Virus record (IMG/VR): IMGVR_UViG_3300035703_000079
Span: 4,011-68,010 of that record
Direction: 5' to 3' (one strand)
DNA: 64,000 bases
Source of the DNA: a virus
Shown: positions 1 to 9,420 of the stretch, one piece after another
Position numbering within the stretch: the first letter of the stretch is position 1
How the letters are laid out: each line of letters starts with the position of its first letter
The notes under the pieces: model-generated
Told to the model about the DNA's origin: nothing
Databases searched by the model: none
Seen by the model: the letters and a program-made list of their open reading frames with translations, nothing else
Made by a program: the position numbers and the translations under genes

Positions 1-2184
1 GAGAAAATATGGACGCTTGATTGCGCTACCCCTCCCATCCCCTCGGATTTAACGAAGGTTCCTGGGTATGGGAGCAATTCTTACAAGTTCACCCGGACAG
101 AAATCCCGGCGTATATGGCCGTGGAGGCCCACCAGCGTAACCCGGACGGAACGGTGGAGTGGACTACGCAACAGAAAGAGTTCATCTTTCAGGAATACGA
201 CCGTTGCTATGAATCCGGATATTGGCTTTACATCCGGGGTGTTCTCACGTGGCTCACTCCATGGCAATACATGGGATTGAATTATTGGCGGCCAGCACTT
301 GAAACCGAGGATGGGTTCATGGAATACCGGAACCGCCAACGCAAAATCCTGCATTTCTGCTGGAATGTCTTCAAGAACCAGAAGGAATTTGGCGTAGTGT
401 ACCTCAAGGGCCGTCAGGAGGGGCTTTCCACATGGGCGCACTTGATTATGTATTGGTTGGCTTCCAATAAGTCAAACCAGATTGTCGGGCTTTCAGCGTC
501 GGATTTGGCCCTTGCTGAGTCCAACTTCGACGAACTTATGGCTAAGCCCATTGAGAATCTTCCGTTGTGGCTTTTGCCTACCCTTCGGGTGAACAAAGGG
601 GAAATCCTTTTCCGGGAACCGAAGGAAAACATCTCGAAAAACAAGATGGTGAAGAGTATGAGTGGGGCGCTCAACTCAAAGCTTGAACTTGTAGCCCTTA
701 CTCCGAGAGGATGGGATGGGAAGCGTTTGAATGGCCTTTTTGCCGATGAGGGCGGAAAGTGGACCCGGGTGAATGTCAATAAGTGGTGGAGCAAGCAAAT
801 CCCGGCCCTAAGGATAAACGGGCGGAAAAGGGGCTTTGCGTTTTTCCCTTCGACAAACGAAGAGGGGGACAAAGGGGGACTTGAGTTCCAGAAGCTATTC
901 CTGCAAGCGGACGTTTCTACCCGGGGGGACGGGAAATACCCGCACACCACCAACCAACTCATTTCGCTTTTCATTGATACAGCCGAGGGCTACCCGGGCT
1001 GGATTGATAAATACGGGAATGACATTGTGGACTACCCGGACGACGAGCAATGGCAGGATATGCAGGAGAACGGCCATACGGAGCGTATAGGCAGCCGGGA
1101 CTACCTTGTTCGATATAGGCAACAACTTTTGGAGAGCGGGGATGACGAGGCGTATGCGGAGCAATTGCGGCAGAACCCGTTCAACCCTACGGATGCGTTC
1201 AATAGCATGAACGAGCATTGCCCGTTCGACGTCACCATCCTTCAAAACCTCAAGAAAAACGCTTCGGCCCGGGATGTTCAGGACCGGATTATGCGGGGCT
1301 ATTTCAGCCCGATTGACCCGAACGACTTCTCCAAAGGGGCCAAGTGGAATCATTCGATCAAAGGCCCGATTGCCCGGACGTGGGAGCCGCACCCTGATTT
1401 TATTAACGTACTGAAAGTTTCACGGGGTGAATACCACCCGGCAAACCTGAGCCTCGGAGCGTTTGGCCTTGACCCCTACCTGAAAGCGATTGTCAAAACG
1501 AAGGGGTCGAAAATGGCGTTCTCGGGCAAGTTGTTTTTCAACGAAAAGTACGAAAGGGACAATTGGATGTATCGGATGGAACGAGGGGAGAACAAGCCCG
1601 ACTATTTCCCCACTCCGGCGATATTCCTTCATTTCTGCCATCGGAGCGAAATGCAGCAGGACTTGGATCAGCTATTGCTTGCGGCCATTTATTATTCTAT
1701 GCCCATCGCAGCGGAGAACAACACGCTGATTGCCACGGAGAATTATTTTAAACAAAAAGGGTTTGGCGGCTTTTTGCTCAACGAAGCGGACATTGAATGC
1801 TCTATAAGCCCTTCGGAAAAAATGTTTATGCAAAAGGGCGTTACTACGGGGGCTGAAAACCAGGGGAACGACGTTGTGCGAAAAGGGGCCACCTATTTGA
1901 ATGACTTCCTTCGAGGGAATAGTTTGTATCTGGGGCAGCACACTTACGAGATTCAGAATACGCCCTTGCGTTACCCGTTTATGGATGCGATTGACGACAA
2001 CATGAATTTCGACATTCACAACAGAACCAAGTCGGATACCACAATGAGTCAGGTGATGGTGCATTATTACGAGTTCAATAAGAACGACTATTCTTCGCCT
2101 ATCGGGGCAAAAATCCGGGGAGGAGCAAGCGTTGGAGCAAGGCTTATGCCCTCCGGTGTATTTGTTCGGAAAATCAGAAATTGA
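1..2184 (+). CDS. terL: Terminase large subunit (5' end runs off the window; frame is open from base 1)
   Basis: Walker A-like LKGRQEGLS, Walker B LFADEGGK, RNase H-like FGLDPY and C-terminal DTTMS. Frame 1 has no stop upstream of the ATG at 115. Confidence 0.9.
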   Translation, partial: EKIWTLDCATPPIPSDLTKVPGYGSNSYKFTRTEIPAYMAVEAHQRNPDGTVEWTTQQKEFIFQEYDRCYESGYWLYIRGVLTWLTPWQYMGLNYWRPALETEDGFMEYRNRQRKILHFCWNVFKNQKEFGVVYLKGRQEGLSTWAHLIMYWLASNKSNQIVGLSASDLALAESNFDELMAKPIENLPLWLLPTLRVNKGEILFREPKENISKNKMVKSMSGALNSKLELVALTPRGWDGKRLNGLFADEGGKWTRVNVNKWWSKQIPALRINGRKRGFAFFPSTNEEGDKGGLEFQKLFLQADVSTRGDGKYPHTTNQLISLFIDTAEGYPGWIDKYGNDIVDYPDDEQWQDMQENGHTERIGSRDYLVRYRQQLLESGDDEAYAEQLRQNPFNPTDAFNSMNEHCPFDVTILQNLKKNASARDVQDRIMRGYFSPIDPNDFSKGAKWNHSIKGPIARTWEPHPDFINVLKVSRGEYHPANLSLGAFGLDPYLKAIVKTKGSKMAFSGKLFFNEKYERDNWMYRMERGENKPDYFPTPAIFLHFCHRSEMQQDLDQLLLAAIYYSMPIAAENNTLIATENYFKQKGFGGFLLNEADIECSISPSEKMFMQKGVTTGAENQGNDVVRKGATYLNDFLRGNSLYLGQHTYEIQNTPLRYPFMDAIDDNMNFDIHNRTKSDTTMSQVMVHYYEFNKNDYSSPIGAKIRGGASVGARLMPSGVFVRKIRN

Positions 2185-2231
2185 ATTTTGTGTATCTTTA
2201 CCCCGTTTTACTTACAAACATTTTTCGAAAA

Positions 2232-2474
2232 ATGCCAATTCTAAACATTATGACAGTGGTTGGTCCGGGCTCTGGAGCCTCCCTCACTGCATCCCGCTTG
2301 GTGTCCTACAACACTGATGAGATTTACTGGCCGTCTTTGGCTTCCCTCACCGGGACCACCGCTTCCTCTTCGTTCCTTTATCCGAACCCAAGTGGAGCCC
2401 TTTCCCCGGTTCAGGTGAAAGCCTCTGTATCAGGCATTCGGGCCGGGGCCTCTGCGTCCACACTCGCAGGGTAA
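2232..2474 (+). CDS. Small Ser/Ala/Gly-rich hypothetical protein, possibly a virion component
   Basis: ATG at 2232 after an A-rich leader; followed by a terminator hairpin. Confidence 0.55.
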   Translation: MPILNIMTVVGPGSGASLTASRLVSYNTDEIYWPSLASLTGTTASSSFLYPNPSGALSPVQVKASVSGIRAGASASTLAG

Positions 2475-2493
2475 CCCAGCCCAACTCCAAGGA

Positions 2494-2522
2494 AAAGCCG
2501 CTCCGCAAATGGGCGGCTTTTT
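2494..2522. terminator. Bidirectional intrinsic terminator
   Basis: aaagccgct-ccgcaaat-gggcggcttttt between convergent genes. Confidence 0.7.
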
Positions 2523-3565
2523 CATTTTAGCCCCTTGTAATACCTGTCGTATTGATCTGCCGTAGGCTCCCCCTCCCGGGTGATGGCTTCGGCAATCCGG
2601 AGGTTGTGCATATTCCCCTCTTTCCCTTCCTCGGACATCCATTTTTGCTCATGGGGGAAATGATAGCAAACGTTGTACGGGAGCTTATGCCGGATTTTAT
2701 TGGCCCACACATTGTCCCATCCAGCCCTTCCCAGCAAAAACGGGGCTTTGAGTAATTCCGGGAGAAACGAAGCGTTTGGCCGGATGGCAAACAAGTCAAT
2801 CCCTTCGTATTCTGTTTTTCCGGCAATGTCCTTGTGCCATAAAAGGTGATTAGTTTGAACGTCCACCCGTTTTGCGAAGCAGCCTTCCAAGTTATGTGTA
2901 TCCATGAAAGCCCGGATGATACCCGTTGCTTCGGGAACAAGGCAAATGTCCCGGTTGAGGATAATGAGAATGTCATCGGGGTGCTGGAATTGTTGAATCC
3001 CCTCGTGTAACATTTCGTTTAGCTTAGGCCATTCTTCGCTGGTGTGCAGCAGGACGTTCGCATGAATGTCAAATTGCGCAAGGTGGTTCCATGTGAAAGC
3101 AGCAAAGCCATTCCTTGCAATTGTCGCAGAATCGCCCGGAGTGAACTCGTTTGCCAGAATGAATGTCTTACACGGAGCAAGGTTATGATGCTGTCTGACG
3201 GGCTTATTTCGGGCAATACACGCAATGAATTGACTTGGCTCAAATGCAATCATTTCATGGGTGAAAATTCCGATGGTGGAGTTTTTTGGGGTAGATTCTA
3301 CCCACGGGGTAAACCGGGTGAGCAGGATGTTTGGCTTTTCGCAAAGATGGAACGGAAGACTGTCGTTGAGAATGTAAAGGGCGTCCTCCTGATTCATTTC
3401 TTCCAGCAATAACTCCGGGGAGAATACGTCGTGCCTCTGGTGTATTTCCATGGGAATATGCAGGGCATTTAGGGCATACCGGATGTTAATAAGAATCTGG
3501 TTCTCGTCGTTGATTTTGCTCGAATGCCCGTCGAGGGATACAATGGCTTTCTTAAAAACTTGCAT
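2522..3565 (-). CDS. Putative glycosyltransferase-like protein
   Basis: IIILNRDI (DxD-like), GRAGWDN and CYHFPHE motifs; third gene of the GT/MTase operon. Confidence 0.5.
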   Translation of the reverse strand: MQVFKKAIVSLDGHSSKINDENQILINIRYALNALHIPMEIHQRHDVFSPELLLEEMNQEDALYILNDSLPFHLCEKPNILLTRFTPWVESTPKNSTIGIFTHEMIAFEPSQFIACIARNKPVRQHHNLAPCKTFILANEFTPGDSATIARNGFAAFTWNHLAQFDIHANVLLHTSEEWPKLNEMLHEGIQQFQHPDDILIILNRDICLVPEATGIIRAFMDTHNLEGCFAKRVDVQTNHLLWHKDIAGKTEYEGIDLFAIRPNASFLPELLKAPFLLGRAGWDNVWANKIRHKLPYNVCYHFPHEQKWMSEEGKEGNMHNLRIAEAITREGEPTADQYDRYYKGLK

Positions 3566-4595
3566 AGTGTTCTTGAAACGCTTGATAATTTCGGAAATGA
3601 GCCATGAGCTTCGGGTCTTGCCCGTTTTGCTGGCAGGTGATTACTTTCTTGTTGGGGTGTCGCATTCTTACGGAAGTTTCAGCGTTAGGGAGATTGTGCT
3701 CGTGTTCTTCGTCAATGTGTATCACTTTGTGTTGCGGGAATAGCCGCATGATGGCGGAAAAGCGCTGTAAACACGCAATTATAGAAGGCTGCTTGAGTGC
3801 CCGGGCCACCATGTAAATATCCCCCATGCGCCCCAGAATAACGTACACGGGCCATTCTTCGTCCATTTTTGCGGGCTTGTATTCCCAGAACTCCAGCGGC
3901 CCGTCCGGATCAACAAGCCCGGCGGAGGTGGCTCCCGGCCACGCCCGGCCCCGGTGAGTGCCGCCAATTTCCCCGCAGTTGTACGCCCGGGCGATGGAAG
4001 GGAGAATTTCGTCCCGTCCGTTCAAATGGGAGGACATAATGACATCCCATGATGTGTCGTGGGAGTCGTCCCCCGTGGTCCATGTTTGCAGCATTTCTTC
4101 CCATCGGGAGCGCCACGTTCCCCAGCCCCAGCAAGTGAAATACTGCTGGCGCATCACTTTCCCGGCTTCCTTTGGGCTTAACGCTTGCCATGGCTGGTAC
4201 CCTTTGTTGTGGCCCCATAACCCGATGGTGCGAACGGAGGGGTCGTCTTTGTATTCCTTTGCGGCCCATTGGACGTACATGAGAGCATCCGGGGAAACAA
4301 TAATGTCGTCTTCAATGAGCAGCACAAAGTCCGGGTTCCCGCTCCAAGCATGAACCAAAGCGCTTTTGATTGTACCATTGCACCCCTGCTTGGCTTCGGA
4401 GAGGATTAAGGGGCACTCGAAGCGCTTTGCTACGGCAAGCACAGCTTCGTTGTATGTCCCATCCGGGAGTTTATCCACGGCAACGCAAATAGGCGTTTTA
4501 ATGGCCTCTATGCCCTTCATTCCGAAGATGGCAGCCAAACAACGCTGGAGATATTCGGGCCGATTGTAGGCCGCAACAACAATGTCTATTCTCAT
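3552..4595 (-). CDS. GT-A fold glycosyltransferase (GT2/GT13-like)
   Basis: VAAYNRPEYL N-terminus, LLIEDDI DxD motif, CWGWGTW and SWD motifs. Confidence 0.85.
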   Translation of the reverse strand: MRIDIVVAAYNRPEYLQRCLAAIFGMKGIEAIKTPICVAVDKLPDGTYNEAVLAVAKRFECPLILSEAKQGCNGTIKSALVHAWSGNPDFVLLIEDDIIVSPDALMYVQWAAKEYKDDPSVRTIGLWGHNKGYQPWQALSPKEAGKVMRQQYFTCWGWGTWRSRWEEMLQTWTTGDDSHDTSWDVIMSSHLNGRDEILPSIARAYNCGEIGGTHRGRAWPGATSAGLVDPDGPLEFWEYKPAKMDEEWPVYVILGRMGDIYMVARALKQPSIIACLQRFSAIMRLFPQHKVIHIDEEHEHNLPNAETSVRMRHPNKKVITCQQNGQDPKLMAHFRNYQAFQEHYASF

Positions 4596-5707
4596 TTTCG
4601 TACCAACCAGCAGAACTCCGCTGTCTGAATGTTTTCTACGCCAAAAATTTCGTCCACGGCCCTTTTAACGCCGCTCCAATGTTCGTCCGGATAGTAGTCA
4701 TGTCCGGCAAGGAATCCGCCCGGTTTTACTTTCGGGAGCCACGCCTGAATGTCCGCTTTCACAGCGTCGTACTCATGGGCTGCATCAATGAACACAAAGT
4801 CAAGGGAATTATCCTCGTATCGTTTTGCGGCCTCAAGGGAGTCCATTCGAACAACATTCACGTAGGAACGAACGGGGGAAATATTCCGAAGGAATGTGTC
4901 GTAGAGCGAAGCAAGTTCCTCTTGGTCCTGATGTTCCGGGCTTCCCTCCCATGTATCCACAAGGTCAAGCAAAATGGTTTTCCCGGAGTTGATGATTTCT
5001 ACGGCCATGAAGGCAGCGCTCCGGCCCTTCCATACGCCCACTTCGACAAAATGCGCCTTCACTGGGGCGATGCGAACCATCTGGCGATAGAGTGCCGGGA
5101 AGGTGAACCAATCCTGACCTTCGGTGAGGTGGTAGAAATGATCAATTGTTTTGACCCCTTTGAGTTCCTCGGTGGACTGCTGGAGCAGGAAAGGCTCGGT
5201 CCATCCCACGACAAGTCCGAGGGTTTCGATGTAATGATTCAGGGCGTGGTCAATGGGTTTGTCATGTATTTCCCCGGCTTCAATAATGCGTTTTGCGGCC
5301 ACATGGGAAATCCAATATCCATGGGTGCAACGGGTTTTGTAGGAATAGTCGAAGTACACCAGCTTCCCATCCCGGAGCATTTCCGGGGAAACACTGGCGG
5401 GTACGCCCCAGCGGGCTTCCACTTCCGGGCTTACGCCCCCGAAGAAAACAAGGTCAAGTCCTTGGAGAATCGCTTCGCTTTCGATTCGTTCGAATGGAAA
5501 ATCCGGGGCGATGAGGATGTCATCCTCGACAATAAATGCGTCATTAAATTGCTTGAAAACGTGGTAGTGTTTCGTGTTCAACGATGAAGGCATTGGGAGG
5601 CTGTCTCCCTCGCTAATTATTTGATAATCATAGCCTTCTGGCAAATTCTTGAGTCTGTCCGGGTAGCCTTTGTAGTGGCATACGTGGAGTGTAATTGGCT
5701 TTTTCAT
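4592..5707 (-). CDS. Fusion of GT25-like glycosyltransferase and class I SAM-dependent methyltransferase (Methyltransf_24-like)
   Basis: N-terminal IVEDD, RCTHGYWIS and PID motifs; C-terminal VEVGVWKGRS, DFVFIDAAHEY and KPGGFLAGHDY. Start chosen at ATG 5707, just after the TACATTTG promoter box. Confidence 0.8.
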   Translation of the reverse strand: MKKPITLHVCHYKGYPDRLKNLPEGYDYQIISEGDSLPMPSSLNTKHYHVFKQFNDAFIVEDDILIAPDFPFERIESEAILQGLDLVFFGGVSPEVEARWGVPASVSPEMLRDGKLVYFDYSYKTRCTHGYWISHVAAKRIIEAGEIHDKPIDHALNHYIETLGLVVGWTEPFLLQQSTEELKGVKTIDHFYHLTEGQDWFTFPALYRQMVRIAPVKAHFVEVGVWKGRSAAFMAVEIINSGKTILLDLVDTWEGSPEHQDQEELASLYDTFLRNISPVRSYVNVVRMDSLEAAKRYEDNSLDFVFIDAAHEYDAVKADIQAWLPKVKPGGFLAGHDYYPDEHWSGVKRAVDEIFGVENIQTAEFCWLVRK

Positions 5708-5713
5708 CGGACA

Positions 5714-5793
5714 CAAATGTACGGGGACTTTTTTAACAATGAAACGGGAAAAGTTCCTTTGCTTTTTTATTGCATACGCTTTGCGTATTTTCG
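5714..5793. promoter_or_regulatory. Divergent Bacteroidota-type -7 promoter boxes (TACATTTG on -, TATTTTCG on +)
   Basis: Match or near-match to TAnnTTTG, 5-6 nt before the ATGs at 5707 (-) and 5799 (+). Confidence 0.6.
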
Positions 5794-5798
5794 CCCCC

Positions 5799-6491
5799 AT
5801 GCTTGAGCAACTCATTCAAACGATTCTGACCTACCTCAACGCTTCGAGTTATTACAAGAGCGCCGAGGAAATTCAGAACGCCATAAACAACGCTCAAATC
5901 CTTTTGTACGAGGAACTTAGGGGCAACATGGCGGAATACAGACCGGGCGCTCCCGTTCCAAACATTGTGCCGCAAAGCACAAATGTTTCCTCCGAGGCTC
6001 TTGCAGAACTCTATCGGGTGTATCAATTCGACGGTCCAGGGCCTCTTTCTGTTGTCACCGAAGACGACCGGGTTGTGGATGTAATTCTTTCTGTCGAAAT
6101 CCGGGAAACAATCACCTCTCTATACTATCCCGTCAATATTGTTCCCGACAATCAATATCTCAAACTCTTGCGCAACCCCGTTGTTCCTCCGACATTCGAG
6201 CATCCGTACGGGCGCACAAGTGGCTTAAATAGCGGGTCTCCGTCGTTTGATATTGCCCCGGAAGGGTACAACCGGGCGCAAGTGCGTTGCCTGACACTCC
6301 CTACCAATGTCGAGTTTACATTTACGGAATCCGGCGGGGCACTCCCGGACATCACTATTGCTGTGGATACGGACTATACGCCGGAGAAACTTTCTCCGCT
6401 ACTCTCCCGGACAATTGCGCAATTGGGCTTCAATTTGTCAAACGGGGTGCTTGTTCAGGCTGGAAACCAACAATCTAACGCTTCATTGTAA
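5799..6491 (+). CDS. Putative neck/ring (tail tubular-type) structural protein
   Basis: EEIQNAINNAQ N-terminal helix typical of head-tail adaptors; first of three coupled proteins of about 200-250 aa, as in crAss-like phages. Confidence 0.55.
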   Translation: MLEQLIQTILTYLNASSYYKSAEEIQNAINNAQILLYEELRGNMAEYRPGAPVPNIVPQSTNVSSEALAELYRVYQFDGPGPLSVVTEDDRVVDVILSVEIRETITSLYYPVNIVPDNQYLKLLRNPVVPPTFEHPYGRTSGLNSGSPSFDIAPEGYNRAQVRCLTLPTNVEFTFTESGGALPDITIAVDTDYTPEKLSPLLSRTIAQLGFNLSNGVLVQAGNQQSNASL

Positions 6492-7108
6492 TGGACTATA
6501 ACTACGTTGCCAACCAGATCATTCTCATGTTCATGGCCGGGCGACCCACCACAGAGGGTCCGGATGAAAGGGAAATTGAAGCGTTAGTAAAAGAAGCTCA
6601 CGCCCGGGTGGGGGTGCAGGAGTATTTCGAGAACTACAAAGCGGAGAACCAATCGGAAGTGAACGGCAATTGGCTGGTGACATACCCCATTGCCCTGACA
6701 ACGGATTCCACCACCGGGTATAAGCAAGCGCCCCTCCCCGTGAATTACCTGCCTCTTCCGAAAAACCGGGGCGTAGTGCGGGTGACAGTTTCGGATGCCG
6801 GGTTTGCCAAGCGTCCAAAGCAACTCAAGATGATTCCCCTTGATTCGTATGAATTTATGAAAGGGGGAACAACGCTTCGCTTTTCCGGGGACTATTTCTA
6901 TTCCGTTTCAGCGGGGAAATTGTTTATTCTCCCGGCTTGCGATAAGACACTCCCGTTCAGCAACGTGAACGTCACGCTGGCGGTTCCTAATGACGCTACG
7001 TTAAACGAGGCTCATGTGATGCTCATTATTTCGATGGTGATGCCCCAGATGATGCAGCGTTTTGGCCGGAAGGCGGATATGAACACAGACTTCAACCCTA
7101 ACAACTAA
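6491..7108 (+). CDS. Putative neck/ring structural protein
   Basis: TAATG-coupled; size and synteny; LPVNYLPLP motif. Confidence 0.5.
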   Translation: MDYNYVANQIILMFMAGRPTTEGPDEREIEALVKEAHARVGVQEYFENYKAENQSEVNGNWLVTYPIALTTDSTTGYKQAPLPVNYLPLPKNRGVVRVTVSDAGFAKRPKQLKMIPLDSYEFMKGGTTLRFSGDYFYSVSAGKLFILPACDKTLPFSNVNVTLAVPNDATLNEAHVMLIISMVMPQMMQRFGRKADMNTDFNPNN

Positions 7109-7869
7109 TGGAGAACCTTCAAACCGTAGATGACATTGTAGCCACCACATTGCTGGAAATGGCCGCTCCTGCATCGGAAGCAATGCGGCTCACCTCCTTT
7201 GCGCTGGACTTTGTTAGGGACTTGCAGAAGGCCGCAAAAACCACCATCCCCAATCGGGACAAGGAATATTTCGTTGTCACCGACAGATATGGCTATCAGG
7301 AAATTCCTTTGCCCAATGACTACTTCGAGCTTATCAGCGCAGGAACGCAAATAGGCCGGGTGGTGAAGGGGCTTGCATACAATTCTTACGTTACGTCCCA
7401 TAAATACCAGGAACCGCCCCGTTACCTCCAGATACAAGCCCCGGCAAACGAGGAGGCAAGCCCATGGGTGTGGGGGCTAAACTCATGGTGGGGAATGGGC
7501 TGGGGGACGGACGGCGTTGTTCAGGCGTATGGCAATGGGTATGACTACGGGGACTTTTCGATTGACCTCGACAGAAAGCTCATTATCACCAGCCCGACAT
7601 GGCGCTGGAAAAACATTGTCTTCCGCTACTACCCCAATTGCATAACGCCATCCGGCGATACCTGCATTCACACATGGTTCATTTCTTCGCTCAAGTATTG
7701 GCTCAATTGGAAATATTGGTTTATGCGGGGAGATAGCCGCTGGCAAGTGGCCAAAGTGGAATACGAAAAGGAGTTTATGTTTGCATTGCAAAGCGTTTAC
7801 AGAAAGAACGTGAGCATTCCGACAATTGTGAAAACGATAGAAAGAACAAGAGGGTACCGACATGGCTGA
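7108..7869 (+). CDS. Putative neck/ring structural protein
   Basis: TAATG-coupled; IPLPNDY motif typical of ring/adaptor proteins. Confidence 0.5.
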   Translation: MENLQTVDDIVATTLLEMAAPASEAMRLTSFALDFVRDLQKAAKTTIPNRDKEYFVVTDRYGYQEIPLPNDYFELISAGTQIGRVVKGLAYNSYVTSHKYQEPPRYLQIQAPANEEASPWVWGLNSWWGMGWGTDGVVQAYGNGYDYGDFSIDLDRKLIITSPTWRWKNIVFRYYPNCITPSGDTCIHTWFISSLKYWLNWKYWFMRGDSRWQVAKVEYEKEFMFALQSVYRKNVSIPTIVKTIERTRGYRHG

Positions 7870-9418
7870 AATGTATAACACGGCGGGGAACCTGGTTCCC
7901 TTGGGACGGGAAGGAACGGGGGCGGCTACGGTGTTATCGCCGAATGTTCTCCCGCTTATTCAACAATTCCGAAGCGAACAAATCAAGCAAAGACAACTTG
8001 AGGAGGCGAAGCGTTACCAGAGGGAACAAGCGGCTCTGAAAGCCACTCAGGAGCAAAAGCCTAAAGAGTTTATTCCGGAAGCCTTTGCTGCCCCGGAATC
8101 CGGGTATTTCACTCCGCTTGTCGAGCAACAGCAGAAGCAAGTGATTGATTCCTACAAGGAATGGCTCAAGACAAACCCCAATGCGTCCATGGCAGACAAA
8201 ACCATGGCGTTTCAGGATGCAAACCGAAAGGTGCAGGGGCTTAATTCGTACAACAAGTTTCAAACGGAGCAGCTCCAGAAAACACTCCCGGAACTTCAGA
8301 AGTATTACAACACGAACGAATCGGACGCTTTCCGATATGTAACGAGCCGTCCGGGGCTTTCTGAGGCTCCCGTTGTGGAATTTCAGGAAACAATTCGTTC
8401 CAATCCGGACCGATTCCGCTGGAGGGACGTAGGGGCTAACTTGTTCAAACCTTTGGGAAACAACAAGTATTCCTACACGGACAATCTGGGGCGCACCGTG
8501 GAAGTGGACAAGAATCAATTGTTTGAAACCGAGGAAGTGGTTGACCCGATTCTCAAGAAGAAGGTTCCGGTGAGCAAGCTCAATTACTCCAAAGCGGCTG
8601 CCGTTGCGTTTGCTGACCCGGAAGTACGAAACGCCCTTGAGCGGAACGCTGAGAAAGCCCTGCAAATCATCAATAGCGACCCGCAATACGCCAACGCCAC
8701 AAAGGAGCAAAAGGAAGACCTTGCGGTGAAGGACGGGCTGGATAAGCTGTTTGAGGGCATGGGAGGTGTTGCGTATAAACGAAACATTCAAACGGAAATT
8801 AACAAAGCAGCACAAAAAGCAAAAGGGGAAAGACTGGCGGAAGTTGAGAAATTCATAGTGCCAATCACCGAAAGTTTTGTGGTGAAAGATGTCAACGGGA
8901 AAAGCATTCAGAACGCTTCTGTCAACTTCGGGCAATCTCGGGTAGTGACATTACAAAAGGCAATTCCTGTTCAGGCCGGAACCACCGGAACAATCCTTAG
9001 CGGAAATGAGCAAGTCTTGCAAACTTTGAGAGACAAGGGCTATGTCACTGCTTTGAGCGATGGAACCTACCGATTGAATTTTGGGTTCAACGTCAATTCG
9101 GCAAAGCGCCCTGAAGCGGCCTATATGTCCACAAAGCCATTCCTTATTCAACACGTAGGAGGGCCAAAAATGGCAGCAGCAAACACGCTTCTCACCCCTA
9201 AACAAGTGAAACATTTCCTTGATAGGGGGCAAAGGGATATGGTGAAAAGAGTAGATTCATATATTGTCAGCCCGGAAACCTTCCGTGTAAACGCTGAGGA
9301 TGAAGAGTTGATTGGACCACAAATTCGTTCGCTGAAAATTATGATTCCAGCAACCAGAGTGCCCGAGATTAAAGCCGCAGACAAGGAACCAAAACAAGGG
9401 CTACAAAGCTGGAAGTAA
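7862..9418 (+). CDS. Putative internal virion (ejection) protein
   Basis: 518 aa, Gln/Glu/Lys-rich and helical; precedes the giant virion genes. Confidence 0.45.
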   Translation: MAEMYNTAGNLVPLGREGTGAATVLSPNVLPLIQQFRSEQIKQRQLEEAKRYQREQAALKATQEQKPKEFIPEAFAAPESGYFTPLVEQQQKQVIDSYKEWLKTNPNASMADKTMAFQDANRKVQGLNSYNKFQTEQLQKTLPELQKYYNTNESDAFRYVTSRPGLSEAPVVEFQETIRSNPDRFRWRDVGANLFKPLGNNKYSYTDNLGRTVEVDKNQLFETEEVVDPILKKKVPVSKLNYSKAAAVAFADPEVRNALERNAEKALQIINSDPQYANATKEQKEDLAVKDGLDKLFEGMGGVAYKRNIQTEINKAAQKAKGERLAEVEKFIVPITESFVVKDVNGKSIQNASVNFGQSRVVTLQKAIPVQAGTTGTILSGNEQVLQTLRDKGYVTALSDGTYRLNFGFNVNSAKRPEAAYMSTKPFLIQHVGGPKMAAANTLLTPKQVKHFLDRGQRDMVKRVDSYIVSPETFRVNAEDEELIGPQIRSLKIMIPATRVPEIKAADKEPKQGLQSWK

Positions 9419-9420
9419 CA

